Shown: positions 13,300 through 28,896, counted from the first letter of the stretch. The stretch: 64,000 nt of DNA from Octopus vulgaris (GCA_951406725.2 OX597815.1:91450001-91514000); one strand, 5' to 3'. The notes: a model not told the origin generated them from the sequence alone. Numbers and translations are program-made.

Positions 13300-13459
13300 T
13301 CTATGCACCAACACAGCATGAATACTGAACAGTCCATCTTTATTAAACTTATATGCATATATACATATGTATGTATGTGTGTATGTATGTATATATGTAT
13401 ATACATGTTTGTGTATGTTTGTGTGCAGATGTGTATGTATATGTGTGCATATATATATG

Positions 13460-13490
<31 letters not shown>

Positions 13491-13536
13491 CTATCTATCT
13501 ATATATATATATATATAGACACACACACACACCCAT

Positions 13537-13574
<38 letters not shown>

Positions 13575-14107
13575 TCTGTTTTCTGTTTTAAATAGAACAT
13601 TTGCAAAGACAAGAAAAATAGATTTAAAACTTCAATGCTTATCCTGGAAATATTTTTATTCCAACGTGGCTACTTTCGTTTTCTTTTGTATTCATCATCC
13701 TTGTTATGGTTGCTGTTGTTTTATTCTTCATCTCCTCTTTATGTATTTATATTGTGCTCATTGTTTTTATGTCTTTTCCATATAGTGTTTTTTTTTTTAT
13801 TCTTCGTCCTTCATTCTCTCTCTCCTTAGACATTATTCTCCCATTCTCGCCTATTCTACTATTCTTTAATCCTCACAGAAACCATTTGTATGTGTTTGTG
13901 TTTTACTTACTATATCTATTTTTAATATGTTTATGTATTTCCCTTTTTTTTTTTTTTTTCTATAGTGTATCATTATTTTTTCTTTATCATTTCTCCGTTC
14001 TGTTACAATCTTTTCTCTTCATGCATTGCTTTTCTAAATTTATTATACTCTCAATGCAATAATGTAGGAGAAATGACCATTCTTTCTTTTGGATAAGTAT
14101 AACTGTG

Positions 14108-14710
<603 letters not shown>

Positions 14711-15696
14711 AATATACTCAGACACACATGTATTGTATGCACATATATATTTGCAGGCATATATTTATGTGTGTGTGTGTTTGTATTTCATTGCAATTTT
14801 ATCGTCCCACTTTGCAAATTCATTCACAATTATTAAAGTGAAATAAAAGAAAGGAAAAAAAAAACAAAATATATATATAAAAAAAAAGAAAATCATGAAC
14901 TGTAAAAAATAGAAGTTGAATTAATAAAAATGCATCATCCACTCATAGGAAATAACAGCAATGCATGTGTGTATGCCGATGTATGCACCCATTCCAAAAT
15001 GCACACACATACACAAATTTGTTGCTTCATCTGTAAAAGATCATTCATAGATAGCTTCCTGTAATTTATTGCAAGTCTTTTTTGTTTATTTGTTTTAATT
15101 TTTTCTTTCGTGCTACTTTCGTATTTTTTGTACTCTGTACATGTGTGTGTGTGTGTGTATGTATTAGCATTTGACTGCCAGTGTTTTTGCGTAATGATGT
15201 GTGTGTGTGTGTGTGTGTTATGTCAGACTATTTATTTGTGGAAAGCACCTGACAGTCAACTGTAATGTGAATATTGCATGGAGATGTGTTTGCATGTGTA
15301 AGGGACAGCATAAGCATATATGTGCAATGTGCATGTGCAAGTGACAATGCGTTTATGCAATAAGATGATTCATGTGTGAATATATATGCTTGTGTGTGTG
15401 TGCATGTGTGTGTTGTGTGTCAAAGCTATTGATTTGTCTTGTGTTCATATGTGTTCATATGTTCATGTGTTCATATGTGAATGACTGTCTGAGACTAAAA
15501 CAATAAAGCAATCTCTATTGTTTAGTAGGATCTAACTAAAGAGAACAAACAAAATACCTACTAACAGGTACCAGTAATAAGCTAAACACAAAAGTGTTTA
15601 AAAATCTCGTCTCAAACTCTTTTTCAATGTAATAATTAAATATCTATTTAGATAGATATATACATATGGGTGTATGTGTGTGTTTGCGTGAGTATA

Positions 15697-15737
<41 letters not shown>

Positions 15738-15758
15738 TTAAGCCAAAAAATATTCATA

Positions 15759-15800
15759 AACTATTACTCAGAGTTTCACGTGACCATTCATCAGACAGTT
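15759..15800 (-). ncRNA. Minimal type I hammerhead ribozyme, core intact
   Basis: Minus strand: AACTGT-CTGATGA-ATG-GTCA-CGT-GAAA-CTC-T-GAG-TA|ATAGTT. Stem I 6 bp (1 GU), stem II 3 bp (1 GU), quasi-palindromic stem III ACTCTGAGT, GUA triplet. Confidence 0.8.
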
Positions 15801-15804
15801 GTGG

Positions 15805-15849
<45 letters not shown>

Positions 15850-15853
<4 letters not shown>

Positions 15854-16056
15854 TAATCCAAACATGAAAACACAAAGAGAAAATACAACAACATGAGGAC
15901 ATGGAACAAGTATAGTGTTATTGGACGCTCAGGAAAGGAAAGAAAGGAGGATTTAACACTTCAAGCGGGGCTCTTCGTCTGAAACATAGGAAAAGGAAAG
16001 ATCCAAGGAAGGGAAGACGGAGGAAAAAAAATCGCCAACGATACACACCTGGTCAC
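15850..16056 (-). mobile_element. Solo Penelope pLTR-like element with degenerate HHR (15951-15984)
   Basis: Flanked by (TA)n on both sides. Minus strand TTT-CAGACGA-A-GAGC-CCC-GCTT-GAAG-TG-TTA-AA has the same layout as 3484-3518, and the downstream cctgagcgt...taatacact.tac.tgtt resembles 3531-3560. Confidence 0.7.
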
Positions 16057-16597
16057 ATATATATAATATGATATAATATATACATATAATAATATATATA
16101 TATAATAAATAAAATATATATATATAAATCACACACATACTTACCCATACACACATACAGCTGTGGTTTTTCCTGCATGCAATGCATGCCTGTGATGTAT
16201 AAGTGAATGCAAATAACAAATCAGATTTTAATATAAATTTCTCATTTTTATGAAAGACAGCAGAGAAGAGGGTACTTCAATGAGATAAATTTGATTTTTA
16301 ACGTTGCATGTGTTTGCTTGCATAGCAGGAATCATCACTGATACATACATATACACACTCATAGTCTGCACATTTTGGGGGCTCTGTATATATAGTTGTG
16401 TACATGTATGCGTATATGCATATAAGCATGCCTCTGTGTGTGTGTGTGTGTGTGTAACAGTCATGCTTGTCCTTATATTTGTGTGTGTATATACACGCAT
16501 ACAAGTACATGTATATACACACACACGCATACAAGTACATGTATCTACATACACTTATATATACATGTGTGTATATAAGTATATATGTATGTATGTG

Positions 16598-16631
<34 letters not shown>

Positions 16632-16708
16632 CTTATATACACATATGCCTATATATATTCTTTTACTTTTTTACGTCTCAGCCCTAAGGCTGTAGCCATA
16701 TATAAATG

Positions 16709-16748
<40 letters not shown>

Positions 16749-17349
16749 TATGTAAACTATAGTATACTATAGATAGTATGTATGTATACTATAGAGAGTT
16801 TGTATACTGTCATATAATGGTAACTTTGGAAGTGTACTTTAGCCTCCATTGTAAATATCAGGAATTATAGAATACATACATTAATTATAAGTTAACCTTT
16901 ATCAAATTTCTTTGTGGCTTATACAAAAAGATGAAATGAATACTAATTTTCAAAAGAAAAATATCTATGATCTTAAAATTAACTTAAATAAAACAAATTT
17001 CTCAATTCTACAACTTCTCCCAAAATTACTCTGTTATTCACTCCCTCTTCTCCTCTCTCTCTCACCCTGTGTGTGTGTGTGTGTGTGTGCACTCGCACGC
17101 ATGCACACACACGCTTAAGCATGTGTGCGTATGTAGTGCTTCTTTACTCATTGCCTGCCACCAAACCTCATGTGCACTCATCTTTTGTTAACTCTTACTG
17201 TATCTCTGTTCTATTTTTCCTCCCCCTCTCTTTATACAAGATAAAGTATGACTGGAATAATGAGCCAACCATCATTTATATTGGATATTATTATATACAG
17301 ACACACACATAAACACATATCTATATCATGATATATACATATCTATTTA

Positions 17350-17548
17350 AGGGGGTGATCTGGCAGAATTATTTGCATGCTGGTCAAAATGCTTAGTGGC
17401 ATCTTTACCTTCTGAGTTCAAATCCCACTGAGGTCAACTTTGTCTTTCATACCCCCAGGGTCAGTTAAATAAGTACCAGTTAGGCACTGGGGTTACTGCA
17501 ATCAACTTATCCTCTCCTCAAAATTGCTGACCTTTTACCAAAATTTGA

Positions 17549-17552
<4 letters not shown>
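17350..17552 (+). mobile_element. tRNA-derived SINE family C
   Basis: ggtgatctggcagaat...aaatgcttagtggcat...ctgagttcaaatccc..gaggtcaactttg...aagtaccagtt; same family as 57518-57725. Confidence 0.8.
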
Positions 17553-17619
<67 letters not shown>

Positions 17620-17829
17620 GTGTGTCTGTGCATGCACACATACATACACAGGTACACATATACATACACACACTCAAACCAAAGCATATTTATGTAAATT
17701 ACATTTATATAAATTGCATTTTTCTTTCTAATTTCTTCCAATTAAGAAACTGCCAGTTATGTTTTTTGATTTAATTATACTTACTCTATTGCCAGTGAAT
17801 TAATCCAGCTTCAGAATCCTATCCATAAG

Positions 17830-18320
17830 TAAACAGATAGATTCGCAGACACATAGGATGGCAGACATGAATGGACTGCAATAAAGGTGGCAGAGAGGGT
17901 ATGTTAGATAGTTAGATGGTTAAACAGGTACTAAGAAATGTAGGTTCACAGGTTGACAGATCATTGCATAGATAAATAACAGGTAGATAGATTCTAAATA
18001 GGTAAATAGATAGATAGATGGATACATAACTGATGAACAGGCAGATAGATAAACGAACAGTAGAATTTGTGGAAACAATAATAAATTGATACATGGATAG
18101 GTAGATAAATTGATTAAAAGAACGAGTGACAGGTAGACAGACAGAGACATGATTTAAGTTGAATGATAGACAAGTAGGTTCAGTAGTAGCAGTGTGTATT
18201 TGATTAAACACATGTAGCCGGGTAACTAATATAGACTGACAAATAGGCACATGTGAAGGAAACCAGATGGGTGTGTAGATGAGTAGGCAGGTACATAGAA
18301 AGGTGGAGAAGATAACTGAA
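17830..18320. repeat. Decayed (GATA/GACA)n low-complexity tract
   Basis: Recurrent gata, gaca and ggta tetramers. Confidence 0.6.
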
Positions 18321-19859
18321 TGTAGCTTTCCTGTTGATATACAATGTAGGAATTCTTAAATACTTTTATTTCATCTAAAGTTCTATACATTTGGGTTTCC
18401 ATCCTCAATTTTATTTTCTCAAGTTCCTTAGAACTTTTTCAGAATTTTTCTTTTTCATGGATTCCTTAATATTCAAGTCACTTCAGGGGCAGTACTGCTA
18501 ATGTTGCTAGAGTTGATATCAGTAGTGCTGCTGCTGGCTGTGTTGATTATTGTTATTTAACCCTAGGCCAGCTCTGATTGAAAAAAACAAATGATCAACA
18601 GTGTTAAAAATGTGACTTTCTCATCTTCTAGTATATCACAAAACTTCATTGTCGACATCTAATATGTTCTTTATTGGAGTTTGTGACAGAGGATGCATTT
18701 GAGGATCTTTGGCTGCTGTTTCTTATAGGTCAAGCAACTGCAAAGATATTGGTTGTGATACTATTATCTGTGAAATCACAGTGTTCGTGCTTCTGTTCTT
18801 AAAAACCCTCCAGAGGACTCAGACTTATCAATGCAAGCTAATGAAACATTCATTGTTTTACAACACAATCATTCTCACTGTGACTCCTGTCAGAAATTTT
18901 CTGTGAATTGTGTTAAAACTATTCTCAGTATTTCAAAATTTTTTAAATTTCATAAACAACAATCACAGATTCTCAAACCCCCTGTTGTTTGAATGATTTG
19001 AGAAATAATGGAAAATTTTGATATATATATATGAAATAGTGAAAATAATATATTTTTTTAATGTTGCTGCCATTGTTTATAGCATAGTAAAGAATCATTC
19101 CATTTTATAGCAGTGCAAATCAAAAAATATGGCCATTGATAGCAAAATGGTTTTACCACAGATGCACTGCAGCACTACTGTTAGGATGCAAATTACCAAC
19201 ACTCTTGGATGAAGGAGAGGAACCCATGGTCATTCTGAAGGGCTAAGTGTAGCCTTCTGAAGGTCAAAGCATAGTTCATTTGAGCACTGTATACAATAAG
19301 CTCATTATTATTAAATACAATGTTTGAGGGAAAATTATTATACTGGAATGTATTTTTGTTGATTTATTGTACTTAAAGCCTGTCTTTCCTACTAATTACT
19401 AATTTTTGGAACACTTATTTATATTTCTGTATCTACTTAATTATAGTAATTACATTTTTGTGCTTCAAATATAGAAATGCTTTTGGAAAAAAAAAAAAGA
19501 TTAATGTCATGTGGGGGTGGTTTATTATTAAGGAAACATTATACTGATTTTTAACCATAGTACAAGGTTTTGTGGAAATAAAGGAAAATAATGAAAGAGA
19601 AAAGCCATTACAAAGATACAAACATCCAAAATAGACAATATACTGGTAAGGTGATTATTAGATAAATAGCTTTAGACATTACACATAAAAATATGAATTT
19701 AGATATAAATGGGAAAATAAATGCCCACATTGCAAAAACAAAAATAGGTATAGCCATTTTGGAAGGCTTAAGGCGTTTACAAGTATTCTTTGATTCAAGT
19801 TAATCTATTTCTATCCTAGCTTATAACCAGCATCAGGTTAGTTGCACTAGTGAAGTCTT

Positions 19860-20362
19860 GCACCTGTTATGTCAAGAACAAAACTTTTCTCACCTATCTA
19901 CTTCAGCAGCACACCTGTTTCTGTTGTTGTTCCTCTCTTTCTCTCTCTTACTGGGTGACCATGTACCTCTCCTACAGCAAGACACCTATCTCTGTCTCAC
20001 TATAACTTTTTGTCATTGGATACAAGATCACCTCCTTCAATGTTCCCTGCCTCTCAAAGGTTCTTTGTCTTGCAAGTTACTTGGTAACCCTGCCAGTGCT
20101 AATGCCACTTAAAAAGCATCCAGTCCACACTGTAAAGTGGTTGGTATTTGGAAGGGAATTTAGCTGTAAAATCCGTGCCAAAACTGACCTCACCTGTATT
20201 TGTGCCACATAAAAAGCACTCAGTCTGCTCTGCTAGGTGGTAGGTGTTAGGAAGGGCATTCAGTCCTAAAAGCCCTGCCAAAGCAGACAGAAGTTTAGTG
20301 TAGGCTCCTCTATGCCAGCATGGAAGGCTGATGTTAAATGACAATGATGATGATGACGACAA
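19860..20362 (+). mobile_element. Long family B element with RTE-like tail
   Basis: Collinear with 54890-55395 (cacctgtttc...caagatcacctcc...tcttgcaagttacttgg...aaaagca.ccagtccacactgtaaagtggttgg, duplicated), ending gttaaatgacaatgatgatg. Confidence 0.8.
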
Positions 20363-20737
20363 TGGCAAAGACGACAGCAAAGACAAAGGAGGAGGAGGAG
20401 GGTTTTTTGGCTTTCATTGGAAAGGAAAATATACAAGGTCACCTTTTTCAACTTCAGTTAATATATACCATATATCATTTCATAATTCCCAGACAGAGTA
20501 AAACTGTTTGATTGACCTTGGCATTGGAGGGTAAGGTGAAGTATGGTTAGTGATAACACATGGAATAATACTAATCTAGATCTAGAAGACAGTCTAAATT
20601 AAGAACGATGACAACCAGTGAAAGGACAAAGAGTTGAAGAGAGAAAGTCTAAAAAGGCAAAGAAAAAGTATTTCAAAGAGAATGGAAAGTGAATTAGAAT
20701 AAAGAAGGGGGGGGGGGGAGAAAGAGAGGGAGAGGTG

Positions 20738-20771
<34 letters not shown>

Positions 20772-21387
20772 GTGTATGAGAGAAAGAGAAAGGGACCTGC
20801 AAAAAGAGAAAAGTTTATTTTTGAGAGAGAGAGAGAGAGAGGTAGGGGAGAAGGAGATATAGAGAGAGGAAGAATTAGACAGGGAGATAGAACTAATAGA
20901 AAGCACCTACCTAATTGGTTGTTCTGGCAAAACTCTTTTGGTATATGCCAGCACATGGTGAAGATTGTAATGATGGTTATGACAATAAAGAAACTTGTAT
21001 GTAGTTCTTGGCAAAGATCTTTCTTTAACAGTAGTTCCTTAACTATCAGTCTCCATATATATACATATATATATATATGTGTGTATATATATATATTCTT
21101 ATGCATGCTGCTTCCATCAATCAATCCATCTAGCCATCCATCTATTCCACCAAATAAAAATTTCCTTAATATAGGTTATTCCAATAAAAGTTATGTTTGT
21201 GTGTGTGCGTGAGCAACAATGCTACTCACAAAAAGAGTTTTCCATTCTTAGTTTTGCCTCAATACACAATAACTCCTAGAACTTGCCTGCTTTTCCTGGC
21301 TTTCAAGGTTAAATTGTTTTCTCTTCCATTGTTCCCACTCAATTGTTAATTGCTTTCAGGTTTCTTCTTTTTTCAACTTTTCATGTC

Positions 21388-21426
<39 letters not shown>

Positions 21427-21561
21427 CATCATTATTATTATCACTACTTTCATTTATCCGATTTCTTTGCATACCTCCACACTTTTTGTAAGCTATCCCA
21501 TTAATATTCCCTCATTTGTCGCCTTTGTGGTAATGATAAAGAAATAATAATAATCATATTA

Positions 21562-21614
<53 letters not shown>

Positions 21615-21630
21615 TACTACTATTATTATT
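21388..21630. repeat. Two (TAT)n trinucleotide tracts
   Basis: Direct reading; similar tracts at about 39230-39275, 47215-47265 and 50030-50130. Confidence 0.9.
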
Positions 21631-21999
21631 GAATTTATTTTATTTATTCTGTGTATTATTTCATTTCCTTAAAGTTTTGATAGTGTCAGATGGTGTTGCC
21701 ACCTGTTTTATGAAAATAGTTTCTTCTATATTATGAAGTCTATGAAACAGGGTGGGCATGAAAAAATGTTGCTGTCCGGGCATTTTGTAAGCTCATTATT
21801 ATCAGTAAATAAATATAATAAAACAAAACAGCAAAATGGCTCTGGCTTGGTTGTGTTGTTCAGAAGTTCACTTTACAACCACATGTTTCTGAGTTCAGTC
21901 TTATTGTGCAGCACCATGGCTAACATATTTTCGACCAATACACTGTCAGCAGAATTTGGTAAATGGAAACAGTTTTGTGTGTGTGTGTGTGTGCATATA

Positions 22000-22212
22000 T
22001 TGGTTTCAAAATTTGGCACATAGCCAGTAATTTCAGGAGAGGGGGCTAGTCAATTACATCAACCCCTGTGATCAGCTGGTACTTATTTTATTGAGCCTGA
22101 AAGGATGAACGGCATTATCTACCTCGGTGGAAATTGAACTCAGAATGTATAGACAAACGAAATACCAATATGCATTTCATCCAGCATGCTAACAATTCTG
22201 CCAGCTCACCAC
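22000..22212 (-). mobile_element. SINE family C
   Basis: ctggtacttattttattga.cctgaaaggatgaa...gaactcagaatgta...gctaacaattctgccagctcaccacc. More decayed copies lie at about 26110-26320, 26380-26530 and 26940-27060. Confidence 0.8.
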
Positions 22213-22301
22213 CTTATTATATTCACACATACTTATCTGTGTATATATCTTTCACTGAAGAAACCAGAAACTGATGCTTCATGAACAATATTTCTAATAA
22301 A

Positions 22302-22904
22302 ACAGTACCAGACCTCATATCCAGCTTCCAGAAAGTTGGTATTTACAGAAATCCAGAAATTCTGTGCAATATCATGTACCTTGTGTTGAGTAAACAGATC
22401 CTGCTTTCGAAATTGGTTAATTTGCATATGGTGTGTTAAAAATAGTTTTGTACTTTATTTCTATATCATCATCATCATCATTTAACATCCATTTTCTATG
22501 TTGGCATGGGTTGGATGGTTTGACAGGAGCTGGCAAGCCAGGGGACTGTGCCTAGCTCTATTGTCTGATCTCTGTAGATTGATAAAGATTAAGCATCCTC
22601 TTGTAATTAATTTATACCAGTAAGTAAAATCCTGTTCTTCACTTTTCTTCATTTAATTTTCATCTTATAACCATTATACTGCATACATGGTATAATGGTA
22701 TTATATGATATATTTTAAGAATTTCAAGTGAAATTATAGATTTCAAAGAGACCCTGCTTTAGAAATGTATTAATTTAAATCTGTTAAACACAATTTAGTT
22801 CTTTTCAAAGTTTATTTTATACTCCAAGTATATATTAACCAGAAAAATCCAGAAATCCAAGTCACTTCCAGTCCCAAGCCTGCTGAATATTTTACCTGGT
22901 ACTG
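22302..22904. mobile_element. pogo/Tigger-like non-autonomous DNA element with a family B tail nested at about 22465-22570
   Basis: Termini CAGTACCAG ... CTGGTACTG|TA. The subterminal ccagaaatccaagtcacttccagtcccaagc resembles Tigger-type ends. Confidence 0.45.
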
Positions 22905-25900
22905 TATTTGTTCTACATCAAGTTAGACAATCTCTTGTCATTCTCGCCATTGAAAATGCAGTGAATCCATGTTTGACCCTTTGGAAACCTGCAACCAATG
23001 ATGCTTTTGTTCACAAACTGCAATATCAAGTGAATGAATGAATACATAAATAAATAAAACTTCAGCTATAAACTGAAAGCAGGTTGTGGATTGCTTGTTG
23101 AAAGCTTACCTCCACCCTAAAATACCTTCTTACCATTTGAGGGAATATTGATTTGCTCTTGTCACTTCATGAAAAGAATTCCATATTTTGTAAAATAGGA
23201 AGTGTCTAGTTGAGTGACACCCTGCAAGTGAGAAGTCACATTGACCAAAGCAAGGTGTTAAGCCTCTATTCTGAGAAATTTTATGTTTATGTTCTGTTAT
23301 TAGTATATCAATATGTCCTGGATATGACACTTAACTCTCTTGCCTCTACTTACCTGGCAACAAAACAGGCTATTGATGAACATATTAAGTGTGATATCAA
23401 ATATAGTAAATGTGTTGGAGGATTGATGGTGGTGGTGGTGGTGATGGTTGTAGAAGTAGCTGCTCTCACTGATGCAAGGCTGTTGTATCTGTGTAAAAAT
23501 AAACAAAGCAAGAATGTCAATTACCACAAAAAGGGCTCTTAATGGTAGATAGTTAACTCTAGTTTTATGGCAATAATGGTACAGGAGTTAAATGTCCTCC
23601 TTGAGAGAAGACTGGTTTATGATAAGTAACCTTGCGAGGTAATTGTGTTTATTTCCAATGCCAGAGATAGAAATATATTAAGACAAAGCAAAACAAGATT
23701 GATTCAATGTCCATGAGCCAACAATCTTAAGTCTAGCTTGTATCAAAGTTTTTAAATCAAAAGTTGTCATTTACCTACAGGTTTTTAGTTTGCCTCATTA
23801 GTGTAACTCTCAAACCAAAAGCCAGAAAATATAGAATATCAAAGCCACAAAATTTTCAACTTTTTGTCATTGAACATATCTGTAGACTGTTGATTATAAT
23901 TCTTCATTTAGATTTCAATTTAATCTATTATCTAAAATCCCCTGCAGTAAATTCTAATATTAGATCTGTTGTAGTGTCACCTGATAAGATATCAAACTGG
24001 TAAATTCTGTTACAAACTGTGTTTAAATATTTCCTCTACTTCTAGTAGCTTCCTGTTTCAACCATGCTTCATTTTCATTGAAAGAAGTATTTAAAAAAAT
24101 GCTTGAACACACAAACACACACACACACACACTCACACAGAGAGTCTCAGTCACTATGTAGCCAAATTTAACTATTGGTTCAACTAATTATCTCTATTCA
24201 TAATCTTCAAAATACGTCTTTTCAAAGAATCTGATCCTTTGTTACTGTTCTTTACCCACCTGGCTTCTTTCTGATATTATAAACAAGACATCAGTTAGGT
24301 TTATTGTAAATAACCAACTTCTCTTCAGATCTTTTTGTCCTTTCTTTCTATATGTTTTTCATAATTTGTTCTGTGTTATATTTTAGTTTGCAGTAGTTCC
24401 CTTGGCTGAAATGTTATCTAGTAACTATGTTCATCTGTCATTCGTATGCTTTGTAATTGATATCATTTCTTATTCTTTTCTTGTTTTTATTTGCATATCT
24501 TTCAATACCAATACTAGTTGTGTATATGATATTTACTAGAGTTGTATCAATGCAAATTTTAATATTCAAAACAGAATCTCAATCATGATTCTATTTTTCT
24601 TCCCTCTTGCTGCCATAACTATACTCAAATGTCTTTTCTCTGAATAGTCACATTAGTTGTTAACTTTGTCCAAATCTTTATATTAGGGATTAAGTCAACA
24701 TTACGTTTTAAATAATTCTTCTCAACAATGATTTCTCTTCTTTCTTAGAACTTCACAATCTCTTGCATTGGTGCTTGTCTGTAGTTCTCTCATGGCATTT
24801 AGTATACAATACCAGAGTATTTTGCAGGCAAATTTTCCTGCTTGAAGAATTGAACTAGGCACAGCAAGGCAACTCAATAAATTAGCAGTGGAACCTTTGC
24901 TTACAACAGTAAATTATACCACTGCATTATCTGCTTAGAGCTAGCTGGACTGGTCTGTTGGAAGTTAAGTCTTTAATCATAGATAAAATACAGTGTCAGC
25001 TACAGAATATATACTGTCAACCTCTCAGCTACTTCTCTCTTACAATATCAACTTGGCCATCTAGATTCTTAACTGCCTTTTAGGCATCAATGATTTTCCC
25101 CTTAATCTACTTATAAGCTATAGATCATAATCTAAAGGCTGTTTTATTTTTGTATTTTTTTGTTTTTTTGGTGGGGGGTGGGTTGCTATCATTGTTTTTC
25201 TATCTTCAAGTATAAAATGCAAGAGAAAATATATTTTTGTATATCGATTTCATTAATTTTTATTCTTCATTGAATCTATTATTATATCCTTAATTGGTCA
25301 ATGAATGCCTTTGGGAGGTTCTGTTAATTGAAATTAAGTCAGAACAGTTGGAGACATCAGTTAATTAATTAGTTGAAAAAAAATATTTACTGTTAGAAAA
25401 CATCCTCTCTGTCCACAACATTTAGTGAAATTTATAGCATCATTAGTTGATGGCATTGAGGTCAGAATAATTCAGATTCCTGGCTTTGCAGCTGATCTGT
25501 CTTCTCAGGCAGATTTCAAAGAGATGAAAATGTCTGGCTATAATTTTACCATGGTTGCAAGTTTTTTATTTTATTTTATTTTTTTTTTAAGAAATACGTT
25601 GTGGTGTGGTGGACAAATATTCCTATGAAATTCCAGTACCTATTAATATTCTTGGTGGCTTAAAAGTTTAAGAGAAGTCATGGCTACAGAAAATCTATTT
25701 CAATTTCTAATATAATCCTAAATGTGACTTCAAATTATAATTTTTTCTTTTATCTTTACATTTTATATGCTTAAATAGAAATTGTTAATTTATTAAAAGA
25801 GCCATGCTGCATTGCCAGCACGTTAGTCTTTCATGTACCAGATCAATGTTTTGAATTCCTCTACTGTCAACCCTCAGTCTATCCAAATCTAAAGTAGTTT

Positions 25901-27268
25901 TGCCTTGTTTATTCAGCTTACTTCCCTGAAATTATGTCCCCTGGGAACATTCCCTTCCTCTGTCACCATCCACATGGTATATTATTATTTTACATATCTG
26001 CTTTTTACATCAGTATTATTGAACTTACAAGTAAAGGCCTTTAACATGTAATCTTTTTATCTGCCTATTCCAACTGTAACAAGGCAATAGTTTGCTGCTC
26101 TAATGGTTAATAATGATAAATGTTTTTGGCTTAAGCACAAGGCCACAAGTTTTGAGGAAGAGAGCTGATCAATTAAATCTACACTGGTGTTTGACTGATA
26201 CTTTATGTAAAACAGTGAAGGATAAAGTTTAACTTGGTAGGATTTCAGCTCAGAACATAATAAGCTGCAACAAAAACCAGAAGGCATTTTGTCAAAGTTC
26301 TAAAGATTCTGCCAATACATTGCTCTAAAATGATGATGATGGTGGTGGTTGTGGTGGTGGCGGTTTCTAAAATAGACATAAGACCTAAAATCTGACGAAT
26401 GGGTGAGTTTAGTCAATACCACTGACCCCTAAGAATGAACGGTAAAGTTGGCCCTGGTAGTATTTGAACTGACAATGTTGAAAGCCAAAAGAAATGTCAC
26501 AAAACATTTTACCTGGCCCTCTAATAACTCTTGCAGCTCCTGATGATGATGATGGTGGTGGTTGTGATGATGATGATGATGATTACTTCATAGATTTGCT
26601 TCAAGGGTCTAAATGTTGGGGATTTATAAAGGTGAAATATGAAAGAAAACAAGAAATAATAGGGACCTTTACATAAAGTAAAAAGGTGAGACCAACTAAT
26701 ACAATAAATAGATATTAATGAATAGATAACAATAAATAATATAGAACAACAATTCAACAACAAGAAAGGATCCCCAAAATCCTCATAAAAGAGATGGGAC
26801 AATAACACAAGACACACAGGGCAACCTATACACAATGTCAGATTACCCTGTCAGGCCAAAAGGCAAGTGCATTCTCCTAATTCTCACCACCAAAAAATGA
26901 GGTTGATGATGATGATGATGATGACATTCTTAATATAAAAACTCAAGGCCTAAATTTTAGGGACAAGGTATATTTGTTTATATGAATTCCATTACTTGAC
27001 TGGATTTTATCAACACCAGAAAGGTGAAAGGCCCCAGTTGGAGTTGAAACTCAGAATATTTTGTCTAACTATCAACCAATAGTGATATAACTGATAATAA
27101 CAATAAAGATATTTAATCTTAAATGTTGAGTAGATTTTAAAGTTTAGAGACTCTTAGAGTTAATCCAATCAGTACATCGAGAAGTTTTAAGTAACCTTAT
27201 AAAAACTGACTGAATTTATTCTTTGTGTATGTGCACATATGTACATACATACATTCATATGTGCATGC

Positions 27269-27324
<56 letters not shown>

Positions 27325-27329
<5 letters not shown>

Positions 27330-27555
27330 TGTGTGTGTGTGTGTCTGTGTTTGTCCCCCTCCATCAGCACTTGAGAACTGGTGTTGATGTGTTTACATCC
27401 CCGTAACCTAGCACACCAGCAAGAGACACTGATAGATTTAGTACTAAGCTTAAAAAAATAAGCCCTGAGTTTGACTTGTTCAACTAAAACTCCCTCAAGG
27501 CGGTGCTCCAGCATGACCACATTCGAATGACTAAAACATGTAAAACAATAAAAGA
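27325..27555 (+). mobile_element. SINE family A 3' half
   Basis: gtgtctgtgtttgtcccc...cccgtaacctagc...gatagatttagtact...ggcggtgctccagcatgacc...tgactaaaaca is the reverse complement of 59100-59305. Confidence 0.8.
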
Positions 27556-27565
27556 ATATATATAC

Positions 27566-27606
<41 letters not shown>

Positions 27607-27987
27607 TGCAATATAAGGAAGCTACAAACAGATGCTGTATATTATAATTATGTATGTATATTATATATACATACATAATTATCATCGCCCTTTTAATGTC
27701 CACATTCCCATGCTTGCACTGATCAAACAGAATTCACTGAGGCAAATCTCCTATGGACAGATGACTTTCCTGTAACCAACCCTCACCAATTTTCAAGTAG
27801 GTTTATATTTCTCCATGACTATATATTTCTATGGAAAATTGAAAAAAAAGGGACACTGCTTATATGACAGTGATGTTCATTTATGACTATCATTTGATGT
27901 CAAAGCATGGACATACCACACACACATTTACACAAACATACACGCACATATACATATACAATGAGCTTCTTTCAGTGATTGGGCTAT

Positions 27988-28203
27988 ACAAGAAGGTGCT
28001 GAAAAGTTTCTGGCTTTTGGTAAAAGAAAATACTAGAGGATTAGTTAATTATGATTTTATTCGACATACTTCACTCTCAGATTCACACACTTATTGCAGT
28101 GGTTCTTCTGTTTTTCTAAGCCCTGTAAAACAACTCAGGAGGTTTGGCCTCCAACTAGGCCTTTTGCAACACACTTAAAGGTGGGAACTTTTCAGCACTC
28201 CCT

Positions 28204-28206
<3 letters not shown>
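27988..28206 (-). mobile_element. mariner-derived MITE
   Basis: TIR-like ggtgctgaaaagttt ... aacttttcagcact; the interior is the reverse complement of 31815-31993. Confidence 0.75.
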
Positions 28207-28257
<51 letters not shown>

Positions 28258-28281
28258 TATATATATGTGTATATATTTATA

Positions 28282-28324
<43 letters not shown>

Positions 28325-28682
28325 GCTTTTAATTCAAAATTGAATGTATTTTTATGTACACATCATCATGTCATGCTAACAAACGGTTCTTACACTATTT
28401 GCATATAATCATAGACTGGCGATGCAATTTGTCCCTGGTCTGATTCAGGCATGTAATGTTGATAGGTCACAAAAGTAACTAAATATCAGTATCCATCACA
28501 CCTGAATGGGATTTGAGTTGACTCATCTCATCTATCTCTGACTTTCGGGTGTTTTAACACCCAGTACTAAGATGGAGTCATCCCCCAGAGTGTTGTACCT
28601 CAGCAAACTGACGAACAAATATATACATTATGTGCAATCAAGAATGTTTGCAATACTAGTGCTGATTTTAATTCATAACTGA

Positions 28683-28733
<51 letters not shown>

Positions 28734-28896
28734 TTTATATATACATACCTGTATTTGTATGCATATTATCATCATTGTATATATATATATAGATAGGTAG
28801 ATGTATGTGTAGCTGTGTACCTGGGTTTGTGTGTGTGTACATATGTGTATAGATAAATCTGTGCAATAGGTTTATGTATGTGTGTGCATATATATG

